Positions 19,192 through 29,365 of a stretch of DNA of 64,000 nt are shown in pieces. The notes beneath the pieces are model-generated. The model worked only from the letters and a program-made list of their open reading frames with translations. It ran no database searches and was not told the origin of the DNA. The position numbers and the translations under genes are program-made. Origin of the DNA: Nitrospirota bacterium. Lineage in GTDB: Bacteria; Nitrospirota; 9FT-COMBO-42-15; HDB-SIOI813. Where the stretch lies: positions 211,948 to 275,947 of the forward strand of contig JADLDG010000023.1 of the NCBI GenBank assembly GCA_020846775.1, written 5' to 3'. How positions within the stretch are numbered: the stretch's first letter is position 1; each line of letters begins with the position of its first letter.

Positions 19192-22028
19192 ATGAATAAT
19201 TTATTAAAACTGATCGATTACGGACAGAGCTATTGGTTGGATAATCTAACCCGTAAAAAAATTAAAAGCGGCGAACTGAAAAAAAGAGTAACTCAATTCG
19301 GACTACGAGGTATTACATCAAATCCGGCAATTTTTAACAAAGCAATATCGAAAAGCACCGATTACGATCAACAGATTAAACAGTTAGTAAATAAAAACAA
19401 AACCGTCAAAGAAATATATGAAGCACTAACAACGAAAGATGTTCAGGATGCCTGCGATGTTTTAATGCCGGTTTATGATCTATCAAATGGAATTGATGGA
19501 TTTGTAAGTCTTGAAGTTTCACCTTATTTAGCTCATGATTCGGAAGGTACTATGGCGGAGGCAAGAAAATTATTCAAAGCCGTAAACAGGCCGAATTGTT
19601 TTATTAAAATTCCGGGGACAAATGAAGGAATTCCCGCAATTGAACAGATGCTTTATGAGGGAATTAACATCAATATCACTTTACTCTTTTCAATTGAGAG
19701 TTACGAAGCCGTTACAAATGCCTATATCAGAGCATTGGAGAAAAGGTCAGCAGAAGGCAAACCGGTTGATGAAATTGCCTCCGTGGCAAGCTTCTTTTTA
19801 AGCAGAATAGATGTATTGGTTGATCAGTTATTAGGTCACTTGATTATTCCGGAAAGAACGACCAGTGTTGAAATCAGTCCGGAGCTTTTATTGGGTAAAT
19901 CCGGGATTGCCAGTGCAAAATTAGCTTATCAAAGTTTTAAAAAGATTTTCAATGGTGAGAGATGGAATAATTTAGCAGCCAAGGGCGCACGTGTGCAAAG
20001 ACCTCTTTGGGCAAGCACCAGCACGAAAGATCCGCTTTACAGCGACGTTAAATATGTTGAAACCTTAATTGGCCCCAACACAGTAAACACCTTACCTGAT
20101 CAAACAATCGACGCATTTTATGATCACGGAAAACCTGAAGATAATACGATAGAAAAAGACCTGGATGAATCTTATAAAGTTTTTTCCAATCTCCGAAGTT
20201 TAGGGATCAATATGGATTTTGTTACAACACAATTAGTCAATGAAGGAGTCCAGAAATTTATCGATCCCTATGATGAATTCATGGAAACAATTGCAAAGAG
20301 AAGAAGAGCCTTTTTAGCAGATAAAACAGGGCGACAGGAAATTAATTTTGCCGCTTCTAAATCGGAAGTTGGGGCTGCGCTCAAATCATTGGATGAAAAA
20401 CGGTATTCGCGCAGGCTTTATGCTAAAGATCCCTTTTTATGGAAAACTGACCACAAACAAACCGAAGAAATCCGCAATAGATTGGGCTGGTTGAACGTTG
20501 AAGGTTTTATAAATCGATCGGATGAAATAAACGATTTTGCTAAAAAAGTTAAAGCGGATAAAATTAAATTTATTGTGCTGTTAGGAATGGGTGGAAGCAG
20601 TCTATGTCCTGAAGTATGCAGGGAGACTTTTAAGTCAGCTAATGGTTATCCCGAATTACTTGTTCTTGACAATACTTCTCCGGAAGCAGTGAAAGAAGTC
20701 GAATCAAATATTGATTTAAAGAAAACTTTATTTATCGTTGCCAGTAAATCAGGCACTACAATTGAGACATTGAGCTTTTACAGACATTTTTATTCAAAGT
20801 TAAGTGATACCGGAGTTCAATCTCCAGGCAACCATTTCATCGCAATTACCGATCCCGGAACTTCACTTGAAAAAGAGGCAAAATCGAAAAGCTTCAGACA
20901 TGTATTCAATAACCCGGAAGATTACGGAGGAAGATATTCGGCACTTTCATATTTTGGTTTAGTTCCAATGGCATTGATTGGAATGGATATAAAAAAGATA
21001 TTGGATTATGCCCATCAAATGAAAATAAGTTGCGGTGAATTTATTCCTTCGGAGGCAAGTCCGGCAGTAAGTCTGGGAACTTTGCTGGGAATAAATCAGA
21101 AATCTGGCAGAGACAAAGTTACATTTGTCCTTTCAAAATCTATAAGCGCTTATGGATATTGGGTTGAACAATTGATAGCAGAAAGTACAGGGAAAGAAGA
21201 TAAAGGATTAATCCCGATCGAAAGCGAAGATTTAGGAAAACCAGAACAATATGATAAGGACAGGGTATTTGTTTATCTCCACGCTTCTGGCGATGATACT
21301 CAAACCGATGAAAGAAAATTAGCTTCTCTTGAAAAGAATGCTCATCCTGTTGTTAGAATAGAATTAAAAAATAATTATGCAATTGGTGCGGAATTTTTAC
21401 GCTGGGAAATAGCCACTGCAACAGCGGGAAAAATAATCGGTGTCAATCCTTTTAACGAACCTAATGTTGCAGAAAGCAAAAAGAACAGTAATGACCTTTT
21501 AAACGAATGGAAGGAAAGAGGATCATTCTCCGAGGGTGAACCTCTGGTATCACATAATGGTCTTTCAATTTATGCAGATACAAATCATAGTTGGTTCCCG
21601 AAGTACCATAAAAATCATTAAAAGCATTTATTAAAGCTTTTGTGAAACTTGCAAAAACATCGGACTATTTTTCCTTATTAGCTTATATGTTAAAAACTCC
21701 CTCCAGAGAGAAAAACCTGCAAAGTATCAGAATGAAATTACGCAACAATTTAAAAGTTGCAACGACACTAGGATATGGACCAAGATATTTGCACTCAACC
21801 GGACAATTGCATAAAGGCGGACCAAATAAAGGTGTTTATATTATTTTCACTGCAGATGCAAGATATGATATCCCAATTCCTGACGAAGATTACGGATTTG
21901 CTACTTTACAAAGGGCACAAGTGCTTGGTGATTTTAGATCGCTTAACAATAAAGAAAGAAGAGTGGTCCGGGTTCATCTGGGAAGTGATATTGAAAGAGG
22001 CTTAAAACAATTCTTAGAATTATTATAA
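19192..22028 (+). pseudogene. tal-pgi: Bifunctional transaldolase / glucose-6-phosphate isomerase, split by a 1-nt frameshift at about 21610-21614
   Basis: TAL motifs WLDN, TSNPAIF, FIKIP, RPLWAST; PGI motifs LGMGGSS, SKSGTT, GGRYS, AESTGK, EPNVAESK in 19192-21621; C-terminal GPRYLHSTGQLHKGG in the -1 frame ending 22028; one extra A in the A5 run restores one ORF. Confidence 0.88.
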
Positions 22029-22106
22029 ATTCTTCTACTTGAGAGGTAGACATTAAAGACTTGACGGCATATATGCTAAACTTGAATTGAGCAAGGAGGC
22101 TTCTCT

Positions 22107-23630
22107 GTGCCTGTCCCAAATATTAAGAAACAAGGGTTGAATACAGTTTTCGTCCTATTCGGTGCTCTCGGGGATCTCTCCCATCGCCTTATTCTGCCGG
22201 CCCTGTATAATCTTTATCTGGAAAGGCAGCTGCCGGAGCGTTTTTCACTACTTGGTATCGATCGCCAGGAATCTAATGATGCAATGCTCTCTGAGCATTG
22301 TCGAAAGAGCGTAGATGAATTCTCAAGGAGCGGCACCACTCATGAGAACGAATGGAATGATTTTGCTAAGTGCCTTAGTTATATGCAGGCTGATATTACC
22401 AATCAGCAAATTTATACTCAACTTAAGGAGCGACTTGATAAGCAGGAGAAAGTATCGGGTGGAAAACTGGAAAAGGTTTTCTACCTCGCAACACCGCCTT
22501 CGCTTTATGAGCCCATTGCTGCTGGATTGGGGACGGCTGGATCAGCGATGGACCGGGCCGGCTCCCGCATTGTCGTGGAGAAACCCATTGGGCACAATCT
22601 GGAGTCGTTTCAGTCTATTAACAATACCCTGAACCGGTTCTTCACAGAGCCTCAGATCTATCGTATTGATCACTTCCTGGGTAAGGAAACGGTTCAAAAC
22701 ATCTTAGCCATGCGTTTCGCCAACCCTATTTTTGAGCCGATCTGGAACCGGCGTTATATAGATCACGTGACTATCAGTATTCCAGAGACCCTGGGAGTTG
22801 AACATCGCGGCAGGTACTACGAACATGCAGGGGCGCTCCGCGATATGGTACAAAACCACCTCATCCAACTCCTGTGTCTGGTGGCCATGGAACCTCCTGT
22901 GGCATATGATGCAGAGGATATCCGCAATAAGAAAATAGATATCCTGCGCGCACTGCGGCCTATTCCACCCGATATGGTAAACGAGTTTGCCGCCCGTGGC
23001 CAGTATGGAAGCGGTTGGCTCAACGGTGAAAAAGTCCCTGCCTATCGAGAAGAAGTTGATGTGAATCCCGCATCTAATGCCGAGACCTACGCTGCGCTGA
23101 AACTCTATGTGGACAACTGGCGTTGGCAGGATGTGCCGTTCTACTTGCGCACCGGAAAACGCCTGGCGGCAAATCTCTGGGAGATATCAATCCGCTTCCG
23201 AAACGTGCCCCACAGATCCTTTCCCGCCTCTGTCGGCCTCAATGAACAACCCACGCGCCTGATAATCCAGATGCAGCCTGAACAGGGTATCATCCTGAAA
23301 TTCACAGCGAAGGAACCTGGCTCTCAATTCCGTCTTCGTCCGGTGGACATGCGGTTCAGTTATAAAGAAGCATTTAATATACCTACGCCGGATGCCTACG
23401 AGACGCTCCTCTGGGACACTATGATCGGAGATGCCACCCTGTTCATGCGGGCGGATCAGGTAGAGGCGGCCTGGCGATTGCTGATGCCTGTGATTGAGGC
23501 CTGGGAAAATAATCCGGCTCCGGATTTCCCGAATTATGCAGCTGGGTCCTGGGGACCGGAATCTGCCGAGGGGCTCATCGCTCGGGATGGAAGGAGCTGG
23601 CTGACTCCTACAGCCGTAAGAAAACCATGA
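22107..23630 (+). CDS. zwf: Glucose-6-phosphate 1-dehydrogenase
   Basis: FGALGDL, VEKPIG, RIDHFLGKE, RDMVQNH, WQDVPFYLRTGK, AYETLL; RBS AAGGAGG before GTG. Confidence 0.97.
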   Translation: MPVPNIKKQGLNTVFVLFGALGDLSHRLILPALYNLYLERQLPERFSLLGIDRQESNDAMLSEHCRKSVDEFSRSGTTHENEWNDFAKCLSYMQADITNQQIYTQLKERLDKQEKVSGGKLEKVFYLATPPSLYEPIAAGLGTAGSAMDRAGSRIVVEKPIGHNLESFQSINNTLNRFFTEPQIYRIDHFLGKETVQNILAMRFANPIFEPIWNRRYIDHVTISIPETLGVEHRGRYYEHAGALRDMVQNHLIQLLCLVAMEPPVAYDAEDIRNKKIDILRALRPIPPDMVNEFAARGQYGSGWLNGEKVPAYREEVDVNPASNAETYAALKLYVDNWRWQDVPFYLRTGKRLAANLWEISIRFRNVPHRSFPASVGLNEQPTRLIIQMQPEQGIILKFTAKEPGSQFRLRPVDMRFSYKEAFNIPTPDAYETLLWDTMIGDATLFMRADQVEAAWRLLMPVIEAWENNPAPDFPNYAAGSWGPESAEGLIARDGRSWLTPTAVRKP

Positions 23631-23679
23631 TGCCAATGAAGTGTGTAACTAATATGTAATTTTTCATAACGATAAGCTA

Positions 23680-24255
23680 TTAAACTCCAAACTTTCTTAA
23701 TTCCTTCATTAAGGCATTTACAGGAAGGCCCACGACATTATTATACTCTCCCTCGATCTTTTTGACCATAGCCGCCCCAAGCCCCTGAATAGCATAAGCC
23801 CCTGCCTTATCCAGCGGCTCGCCGGTTCTGACATATGCATCTATCTCTTTAATTGTCATCTGCTTAAAATAGACCTTTGTAACTACGGACCTCGACGCGC
23901 ATTGACCCTCTTTCGTATCTATAATGGTAAATCCCGTAATAACATCATGAGCCCTGCCATTGAGAATATTAAGGATCCTTTTTGCATCACTATCATTATG
24001 CGGCTTTCCAAATACTTTGCCATTAAAAGAAATAATGGTGTCGGCGGCTATAATGACAGCATCCCTGTACCTGCTTGCTACATCCCTGGCCTTTTCAGAG
24101 GATAATAACCTTGCAAGACGTCTTGCAGGTATACGAAGACTCAGGTCTTCTTCATAATCACTTGCGTCTACCACAAACTTTATCCCGGTTTTTCCCAGGA
24201 GTTCTTTTCTCCTCGGAGATGCAGATGCAAGAATGATTTTTTTATACTTATACAT
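23680..24255 (-). CDS. maf: Maf-family nucleoside triphosphate pyrophosphatase
   Basis: ILASASPRR, ADT, GKP, DKAGAYAIQG, NVVGLP; start set at ATG 24255 overlapping upstream gene. Confidence 0.93.
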   Translation of the reverse strand: MYKYKKIILASASPRRKELLGKTGIKFVVDASDYEEDLSLRIPARRLARLLSSEKARDVASRYRDAVIIAADTIISFNGKVFGKPHNDSDAKRILNILNGRAHDVITGFTIIDTKEGQCASRSVVTKVYFKQMTIKEIDAYVRTGEPLDKAGAYAIQGLGAAMVKKIEGEYNNVVGLPVNALMKELRKFGV

Positions 24256-25435
24256 ACTGCCCTGCTGCATAACCTGATGCCCATGCCCAGTGAAGATTAT
24301 ATCCGCCAAGCTGTCCGGTCACATCAATCACCTCTCCCGTGAAATACAGTCCCGGCACCTTCTTTGACTCCATCGTCTTTGATGATAACTCGTCCGTATC
24401 AACACCTCCTCCAGTGACCTCGGCATTTTCGTATCCTTCAGTACCAGCAGGCACAATCGTCCAATTTTTTAGCATGACGGCAATCTCACCGAGTTCCTTT
24501 TCTGGATACTGATTCAGGGGCCTTGATCGAATATTCTGCTCACACCATATATCGGCTAATCGTGACGGCATAAATCCGGATAAAAGATTCTTCATCTCCA
24601 CACTGCGCCCTCTCTCCCTGACAAAAATCGCATTTATGTCATAATCCGGCAACAGATTAACAGTAATATTGTTCCCCACTTCCCAGTATGATGACAATTG
24701 CAGTATAACAGGACCGCTCAATCCGCGGTGCGTAAATAACATCATCCCCTTGAAACGCCTATCCTTACACTCAACTTCTGACTTTACAGAAACACCACGA
24801 AGTTTACTGAAGAACCTGACATCTGTCTTGGTAAAGATGAACGGAACAAGTGCAGGTCTTAACGGGGTAACCTTCAGTTTAAATTGCCTCGCAATCTTAT
24901 AACCCAAATCCGATGCACCCAACTGCGAATACGACAGGCCCCCTGTAGCTACAACCAGTGAGTCTGCAATGAAAACATTCTTATTAGTCCTGACAATAAA
25001 CTTGCCTTCTTTAATTGATAAGTCCGTTATCCGGCAATTCAATAAAATCTCCACACCATGCCTGCTGCATTCAGAGGAAAGCATATGTACTATGTCTCGT
25101 GAACTGCCGGAACAAAATAACTGCCCGTCGTCTTTCTCAATATACCTGATCTCGTGATTTTTCATCATAATGGTGAAATCATGGGGTGTAAAACGTGCTA
25201 ATGCAGATTTACAAAAATGAGGGTTATGAGAAGTGTAGTAATTTTCATGAGATACATTCCTGTTCGTAAAATTACAATGCCCGCCTCCTGATATCCTGAT
25301 CTTATTTCCAATCCTTGCGGAATGATCGAGAACTATTACAGAACGTCTTCTCATACCGGCTTGCGCAGCACAAAAAAGACCGGATGCCCCTGCACCAATA
25401 ATAACTACATCAGTAAATACACTCACCGAAATCAC
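24248..25435 (-). CDS. HI0933/YhiN-family NAD(P)/FAD-dependent oxidoreductase
   Basis: IIGAGASG, KIRISGGGHCNFTN, ATGG, FTHRGLSGP, AEVTGGGV, GGYNLHWAWASG; start could be GTG 25426. Confidence 0.93.
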   Translation of the reverse strand: MISVSVFTDVVIIGAGASGLFCAAQAGMRRRSVIVLDHSARIGNKIRISGGGHCNFTNRNVSHENYYTSHNPHFCKSALARFTPHDFTIMMKNHEIRYIEKDDGQLFCSGSSRDIVHMLSSECSRHGVEILLNCRITDLSIKEGKFIVRTNKNVFIADSLVVATGGLSYSQLGASDLGYKIARQFKLKVTPLRPALVPFIFTKTDVRFFSKLRGVSVKSEVECKDRRFKGMMLFTHRGLSGPVILQLSSYWEVGNNITVNLLPDYDINAIFVRERGRSVEMKNLLSGFMPSRLADIWCEQNIRSRPLNQYPEKELGEIAVMLKNWTIVPAGTEGYENAEVTGGGVDTDELSSKTMESKKVPGLYFTGEVIDVTGQLGGYNLHWAWASGYAAGQYV

Positions 25436-25571
25436 CTTTTATTTTCTTAATCTCTTTTACCAGCCTTATATATTATTCCGCACTTCTTCGATCGTCAACT
25501 CTTGACCCTAACCTATAAATGATTACATATATTTCAAGACATATAACAATTAATGAAAGGAGGTGGTAAAG

Positions 25572-26018
25572 ATGGCTTTAGTAAGGTGGAACCCTTTTGC
25601 TGAACTCATTAATATGCAGGATCAGGTGAACAGGTTTTTTGGTGATAGATATCTTAAACCATCTATTGGTGAGAGGGAGGTCAGTGATGAGTGGTCTCCG
25701 TCAGTTGACATTTACGAAGATGCAGATGGGGTTGTACTCAAAGTGGAGCTTCCTGAGATGGAGATGAAAGATATTGACGTCAAGATTGAAGATAATACCC
25801 TCACTGTACGGGGAGAGAGGAAGCTGGACAAAGAAGACAAGAAAGATAACTACCACCGTATTGAAAGATATTACGGTTTATTCAGCCGGTCTTTTACTCT
25901 CCCATCCACGGTGGATCAGGAAAAGGTTAAGGCATCTTATGATCGCGGAGTTTTACGGATAAACCTTCCTAAGAAGGAGGATACCAAACCGAAGAAGATC
26001 AAGATAGATGTAACTTGA
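25572..26018 (+). CDS. Hsp20/alpha-crystallin small heat-shock protein
   Basis: WSPSVDIYE, ELP, IERYYGLFSRSFTLP, ASYDRGVLRINLPK; strong RBS AAAGGAGG. Confidence 0.95.
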   Translation: MALVRWNPFAELINMQDQVNRFFGDRYLKPSIGEREVSDEWSPSVDIYEDADGVVLKVELPEMEMKDIDVKIEDNTLTVRGERKLDKEDKKDNYHRIERYYGLFSRSFTLPSTVDQEKVKASYDRGVLRINLPKKEDTKPKKIKIDVT

Positions 26019-26025
26019 CATTAAG

Positions 26026-26057
26026 GGGCAGAGGAGGTATTACAACCTGCTCTGCCC
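26026..26057 (+). terminator. Stem-loop downstream of hsp20 (candidate terminator)
   Basis: GGGCAGAG (26026-26033) pairs with CTCTGCCC (26050-26057), inner AGGT/ACCT; U-tract weak. Confidence 0.55.
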
Positions 26058-26083
26058 TGTTCATTAAAAGACCGAAAACACGC

Positions 26084-26112
26084 TTGACAACTGATCCATA
26101 AAGAAGTAGTTT
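26084..26112 (+). promoter_or_regulatory. Sigma70-type promoter for PilZ gene (likely leaderless mRNA)
   Basis: TTGACA-17nt-TAGTTT, then 7 nt to ATG 26120, no SD. Confidence 0.6.
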
Positions 26113-26119
26113 AATCTTC

Positions 26120-26467
26120 ATGAACGATCAACGTCAATCCCCGCGCTATGGCATTGCTTCAATGGCTGAAATTACCTTTTCGGACTCGGATGAAGTAATG
26201 AAGGCATTGATAAGCAGTATCAGCAAGGGGGGGCTTGGTATCTATTCCCCTTCCCTTCTGACAGTGGGAAGGGAACTTGATATAAAGATAAGTTTCCTGC
26301 AGACTAATGGGAATGAAGAAATAACTGAAATAATTCCAGGCAAAGTTGTATGGACTAAGAAATTCCATAATAATTTTGTAATCGGGATAGCATTTCTGAC
26401 CTTCGATAATTCAAGACATTCAATTCTTTTAAGCTATTTAGAGGCTGCATCACAAGGTTCAGCATAG
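26120..26467 (+). CDS. Stand-alone PilZ-domain protein
   Basis: RQSPR (RxxxR) and SISKGG motifs, C-terminal IGIAF; 115 aa. Confidence 0.8.
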   Translation: MNDQRQSPRYGIASMAEITFSDSDEVMKALISSISKGGLGIYSPSLLTVGRELDIKISFLQTNGNEEITEIIPGKVVWTKKFHNNFVIGIAFLTFDNSRHSILLSYLEAASQGSA

Positions 26468-26477
26468 AGAGACTCAA

Positions 26478-27926
26478 ATGATATTTGATTTGGGAATGCT
26501 TATTAATGGTGAATGGAAATTCCCTGCTAAAGAAGGGTCCTCAGCAAGGCTTATTAATGTTAAGTCTCCTTATGATGGTACGATAATAGGAAATATCCCT
26601 CAAGCCGGCAAGGATGATGTGGAAAATGCAATAGCAGCAGCAGATTCTGCATTTAAAAAAACAAGGCTCTCACCACATGAACGATATGAGATCCTTTTTA
26701 AGACATCGGAACTGTTAAAAGAGCAGACAGAAGACATTGCCAGGACGCTTGCCCTGGAGTCTGGTAAACCTATACGAGATGCGAGGGCTGAAGTTAGCCG
26801 GGCTGTCCAGACTTTCCTCATTTCTGCAGAAGAGGCGAAACGGATACATGGTGAAGGCATTCCTGTTGACGCTGCAAAAGGCTCTGAGAACCGGCTGGCG
26901 TTTACTATCAGGGTACCGGTAGGCCCTATCTGCGCTATCTCTCCATTTAATTTTCCTCTGAACCTCGTAGCCCATAAGGTAGCACCTGCTGTCGCAGCCG
27001 GGAATACCGTTGTGCTTAAACCAGCAGAGCTTACACCCATAACTGCAATCAATCTGGGCAGGATAATGATGGAGGCAGGCCTTCCCCCCGGTTATCTTAA
27101 TATCATATTTGGTCCTGGCAATCCGGTTGGTGAGTGGCTTCTCGCAGATCCCAGATTTGCCCTTTACACATTTACCGGGAGCCCTTCGGTTGGAAAACGC
27201 CTGCGTGAGGTCACGGGACTGAGACGTTCAATCCTGGAACTTGGTTCAAATTCGGCAGTTATCGTTCATAAAGACTGTGATATTGACAAGGCCGTAAATC
27301 TATGCGTACGATCAGCGTTTGCCTATGCCGGACAGGTCTGCATATCACTGCAGAGGATATTGTTGCACAGGGATATATCTGAAGAATTTATCAGCAAATT
27401 TATCCCTGCCGTTGAGGCCCTCAGGCTTGGAGATCCATTGAATGAGGATACAGACGTGGGACCTATGATAACTGAGGACTCGGCAATTAAGGCCCATGAA
27501 TGGATTAATGAGGCAGTGTCCAAGGGGGCAAATCTGCTTGCAGGCGGGGAGAGGAATGGGAACATGCTGAAACCTGCCGTACTGAAAGATGTGAGCCGGG
27601 AGATGAAAGTTGTCTGCTATGAAGTTTTTGCACCTATAGTGAGCATACAGGAATATGCAGAAATAGAAGATGCCATTAATATTGTTAACGATTCTGATTT
27701 TGGACTTCAGGCCGGTATCTTCACGTCAGACGTAAACCTTGCTTTAAAAGCAGCCAGGGAACTTCAGGTCGGCGGTGTAATGATAAATGACACATCAATG
27801 TACCGTGTTGATGCGATGCCTTACGGCGGAGTAAAGCAAAGCGGAATCGGAAGGGAGGGGCCGAGGTACGCTATTGAGGAGATGACTGATTTAAAAATAA
27901 TAGTATTTAATACATCTCAGAGTTGA
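26478..27926 (+). CDS. NAD(P)-dependent aldehyde dehydrogenase family protein
   Basis: ISPFNFP, VLKPAE, FTGS, LELGSN (Glu), GQVCIS (Cys), EVFAP, PYGGVKQSGIGREG. Confidence 0.95.
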   Translation: MIFDLGMLINGEWKFPAKEGSSARLINVKSPYDGTIIGNIPQAGKDDVENAIAAADSAFKKTRLSPHERYEILFKTSELLKEQTEDIARTLALESGKPIRDARAEVSRAVQTFLISAEEAKRIHGEGIPVDAAKGSENRLAFTIRVPVGPICAISPFNFPLNLVAHKVAPAVAAGNTVVLKPAELTPITAINLGRIMMEAGLPPGYLNIIFGPGNPVGEWLLADPRFALYTFTGSPSVGKRLREVTGLRRSILELGSNSAVIVHKDCDIDKAVNLCVRSAFAYAGQVCISLQRILLHRDISEEFISKFIPAVEALRLGDPLNEDTDVGPMITEDSAIKAHEWINEAVSKGANLLAGGERNGNMLKPAVLKDVSREMKVVCYEVFAPIVSIQEYAEIEDAINIVNDSDFGLQAGIFTSDVNLALKAARELQVGGVMINDTSMYRVDAMPYGGVKQSGIGREGPRYAIEEMTDLKIIVFNTSQS

Positions 27927-29343
27927 CTATTTCCGCTTCTTTCTTAAACCCCTTTTTCTTAACAGCCTCCCACCTGCTCGGTTTTACAAGCACATGTAAC
28001 AATGCCCTCGCGCGCCACCATGAGTTAATCTGTCTGTATCCAAGGTTTTCTACAATAGATAACGAGATAAGTCGAAGCATATCACCCCACCTGGGATATC
28101 TTTTGTATGTTATCTCTTCAAGTAATACCGCCCCTGCAGACAGGAATATGCTGTACACAATGGCTAATAACAGAAAAAGTATGAAGAATCTCCAGCTTAT
28201 AATACCTATTACAAAAGACAAAACAACTACCAGATATCCTATAATCTCTATAAGCGGAGAAAATACTTCAATCAAGACCTGATATGGCATGGCAAACAGG
28301 CCAATCCTGCCGTATCTGGGATTAAATAACATAGATATATTCATGAGCAGAGACTCTACAAGTCCCCTATGCCAACGGATCCTCTGCTTTTTCAACATCT
28401 TAAGTGTTGATGGTACCTCCGTCCACCCTACAGGATCAGATATGAATACTACTCTGTATGGTTTCCTGCTCTTTCTCATAAACCGGTGAAGCCTTACCAC
28501 CATCTCCATATCCTCTGATACCGTCTTACTGCTGAATCCGCCAATTTGCTGAACACTTCTTTTATGAAACAAAGAAAAGGCCCCTGAAATAAGCATCAGG
28601 CTGTTTATCGCACTCCACCCTGCCCTGCCAAACAAAAAGGCCCTCAGATACTCAATGATCTGGAGCCGCGACAGGAGGTCGCCGGGAAGTGCGATCTTTG
28701 TAACCTCTCCATTCCGGACAGTGCATCCATTCGCGATCCTTAATATCCCCCCGCAGGCTACGACAGGCTCTTTGCTTTCGATTATAGGTCTCACCAACCT
28801 CAGGAAGGCATCCTTTTCTATAAGGGTATCAGCATCTATGCAACAAAAGTATGGATATCTGGCAACATTAACCCCAACGTTCAGGGAATCTGACTTACCA
28901 CTTTTAGGTTTATTGATTACGGTCAGGTTAGGGTGTATCGAGCTGACATAAAAGTCTTTAATGATATTAGTCTTTATGACAGGTCTGTAAATCTGATTAA
29001 CTGAACGAAGAGAAAAACTCCTTGACAGATGTTCAAGTGTGTCGTCATTTGAACCATCATTGATGACAATTACCTCAAATGATGGATAGTTTAGCGCAAG
29101 TAAGGCCTTGACGTTCTCCACTATTGACTGGGCTTCATTATGTGCAGGGACAATTATCGAGACAGGGGGGGTCTGCGATGAGTTGAATATGTCTTTGTAA
29201 CCACCATATTCAATCCTGTAAATGTGTCTGGTAGTAACTACAGCGGCAATTACCATTAGTACTGTATACAACAGGTTTACGGTAGTGTAATATGCCAGGA
29301 TAAAATGATTAAACCCTATTATGAATGAAGCCAGTGAAGGCAT
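27907..29343 (-). CDS. Processive membrane glycosyltransferase family 2 (PgaC/IcaA/YaiP-like synthase)
   Basis: N-terminal TM, PAHNE, DGS, GKSDSLN, DAD, SED, QRIRW (QxxRW), C-terminal TMs; start set at ATG 29343. Confidence 0.92.
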   Translation of the reverse strand: MPSLASFIIGFNHFILAYYTTVNLLYTVLMVIAAVVTTRHIYRIEYGGYKDIFNSSQTPPVSIIVPAHNEAQSIVENVKALLALNYPSFEVIVINDGSNDDTLEHLSRSFSLRSVNQIYRPVIKTNIIKDFYVSSIHPNLTVINKPKSGKSDSLNVGVNVARYPYFCCIDADTLIEKDAFLRLVRPIIESKEPVVACGGILRIANGCTVRNGEVTKIALPGDLLSRLQIIEYLRAFLFGRAGWSAINSLMLISGAFSLFHKRSVQQIGGFSSKTVSEDMEMVVRLHRFMRKSRKPYRVVFISDPVGWTEVPSTLKMLKKQRIRWHRGLVESLLMNISMLFNPRYGRIGLFAMPYQVLIEVFSPLIEIIGYLVVVLSFVIGIISWRFFILFLLLAIVYSIFLSAGAVLLEEITYKRYPRWGDMLRLISLSIVENLGYRQINSWWRARALLHVLVKPSRWEAVKKKGFKKEAEIVNSEMY

Positions 29344-29365
29344 TAAAAACCTCGCTATAATAACT

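Noticed and set aside
21605-21621. Programmed -1 ribosomal frameshift or transcriptional slippage in tal-pgi
   Set aside because: Context T AAA AAT is not an X XXY YYZ heptamer, the A run is only 5 long and no stimulatory structure is evident; a simple indel is more likely
23627-23659. ATGA-coupled 10-codon ORF after zwf as a pgl remnant
   Set aside because: Too short; no similarity to 6-phosphogluconolactonase
25436-25571. CIRCE or sigma32-type heat-shock element upstream of hsp20
   Set aside because: No TTAGCACTC-N9-GAGTGCTAA and no clear sigma32 boxes; only a possible sigma70-like TTGACC
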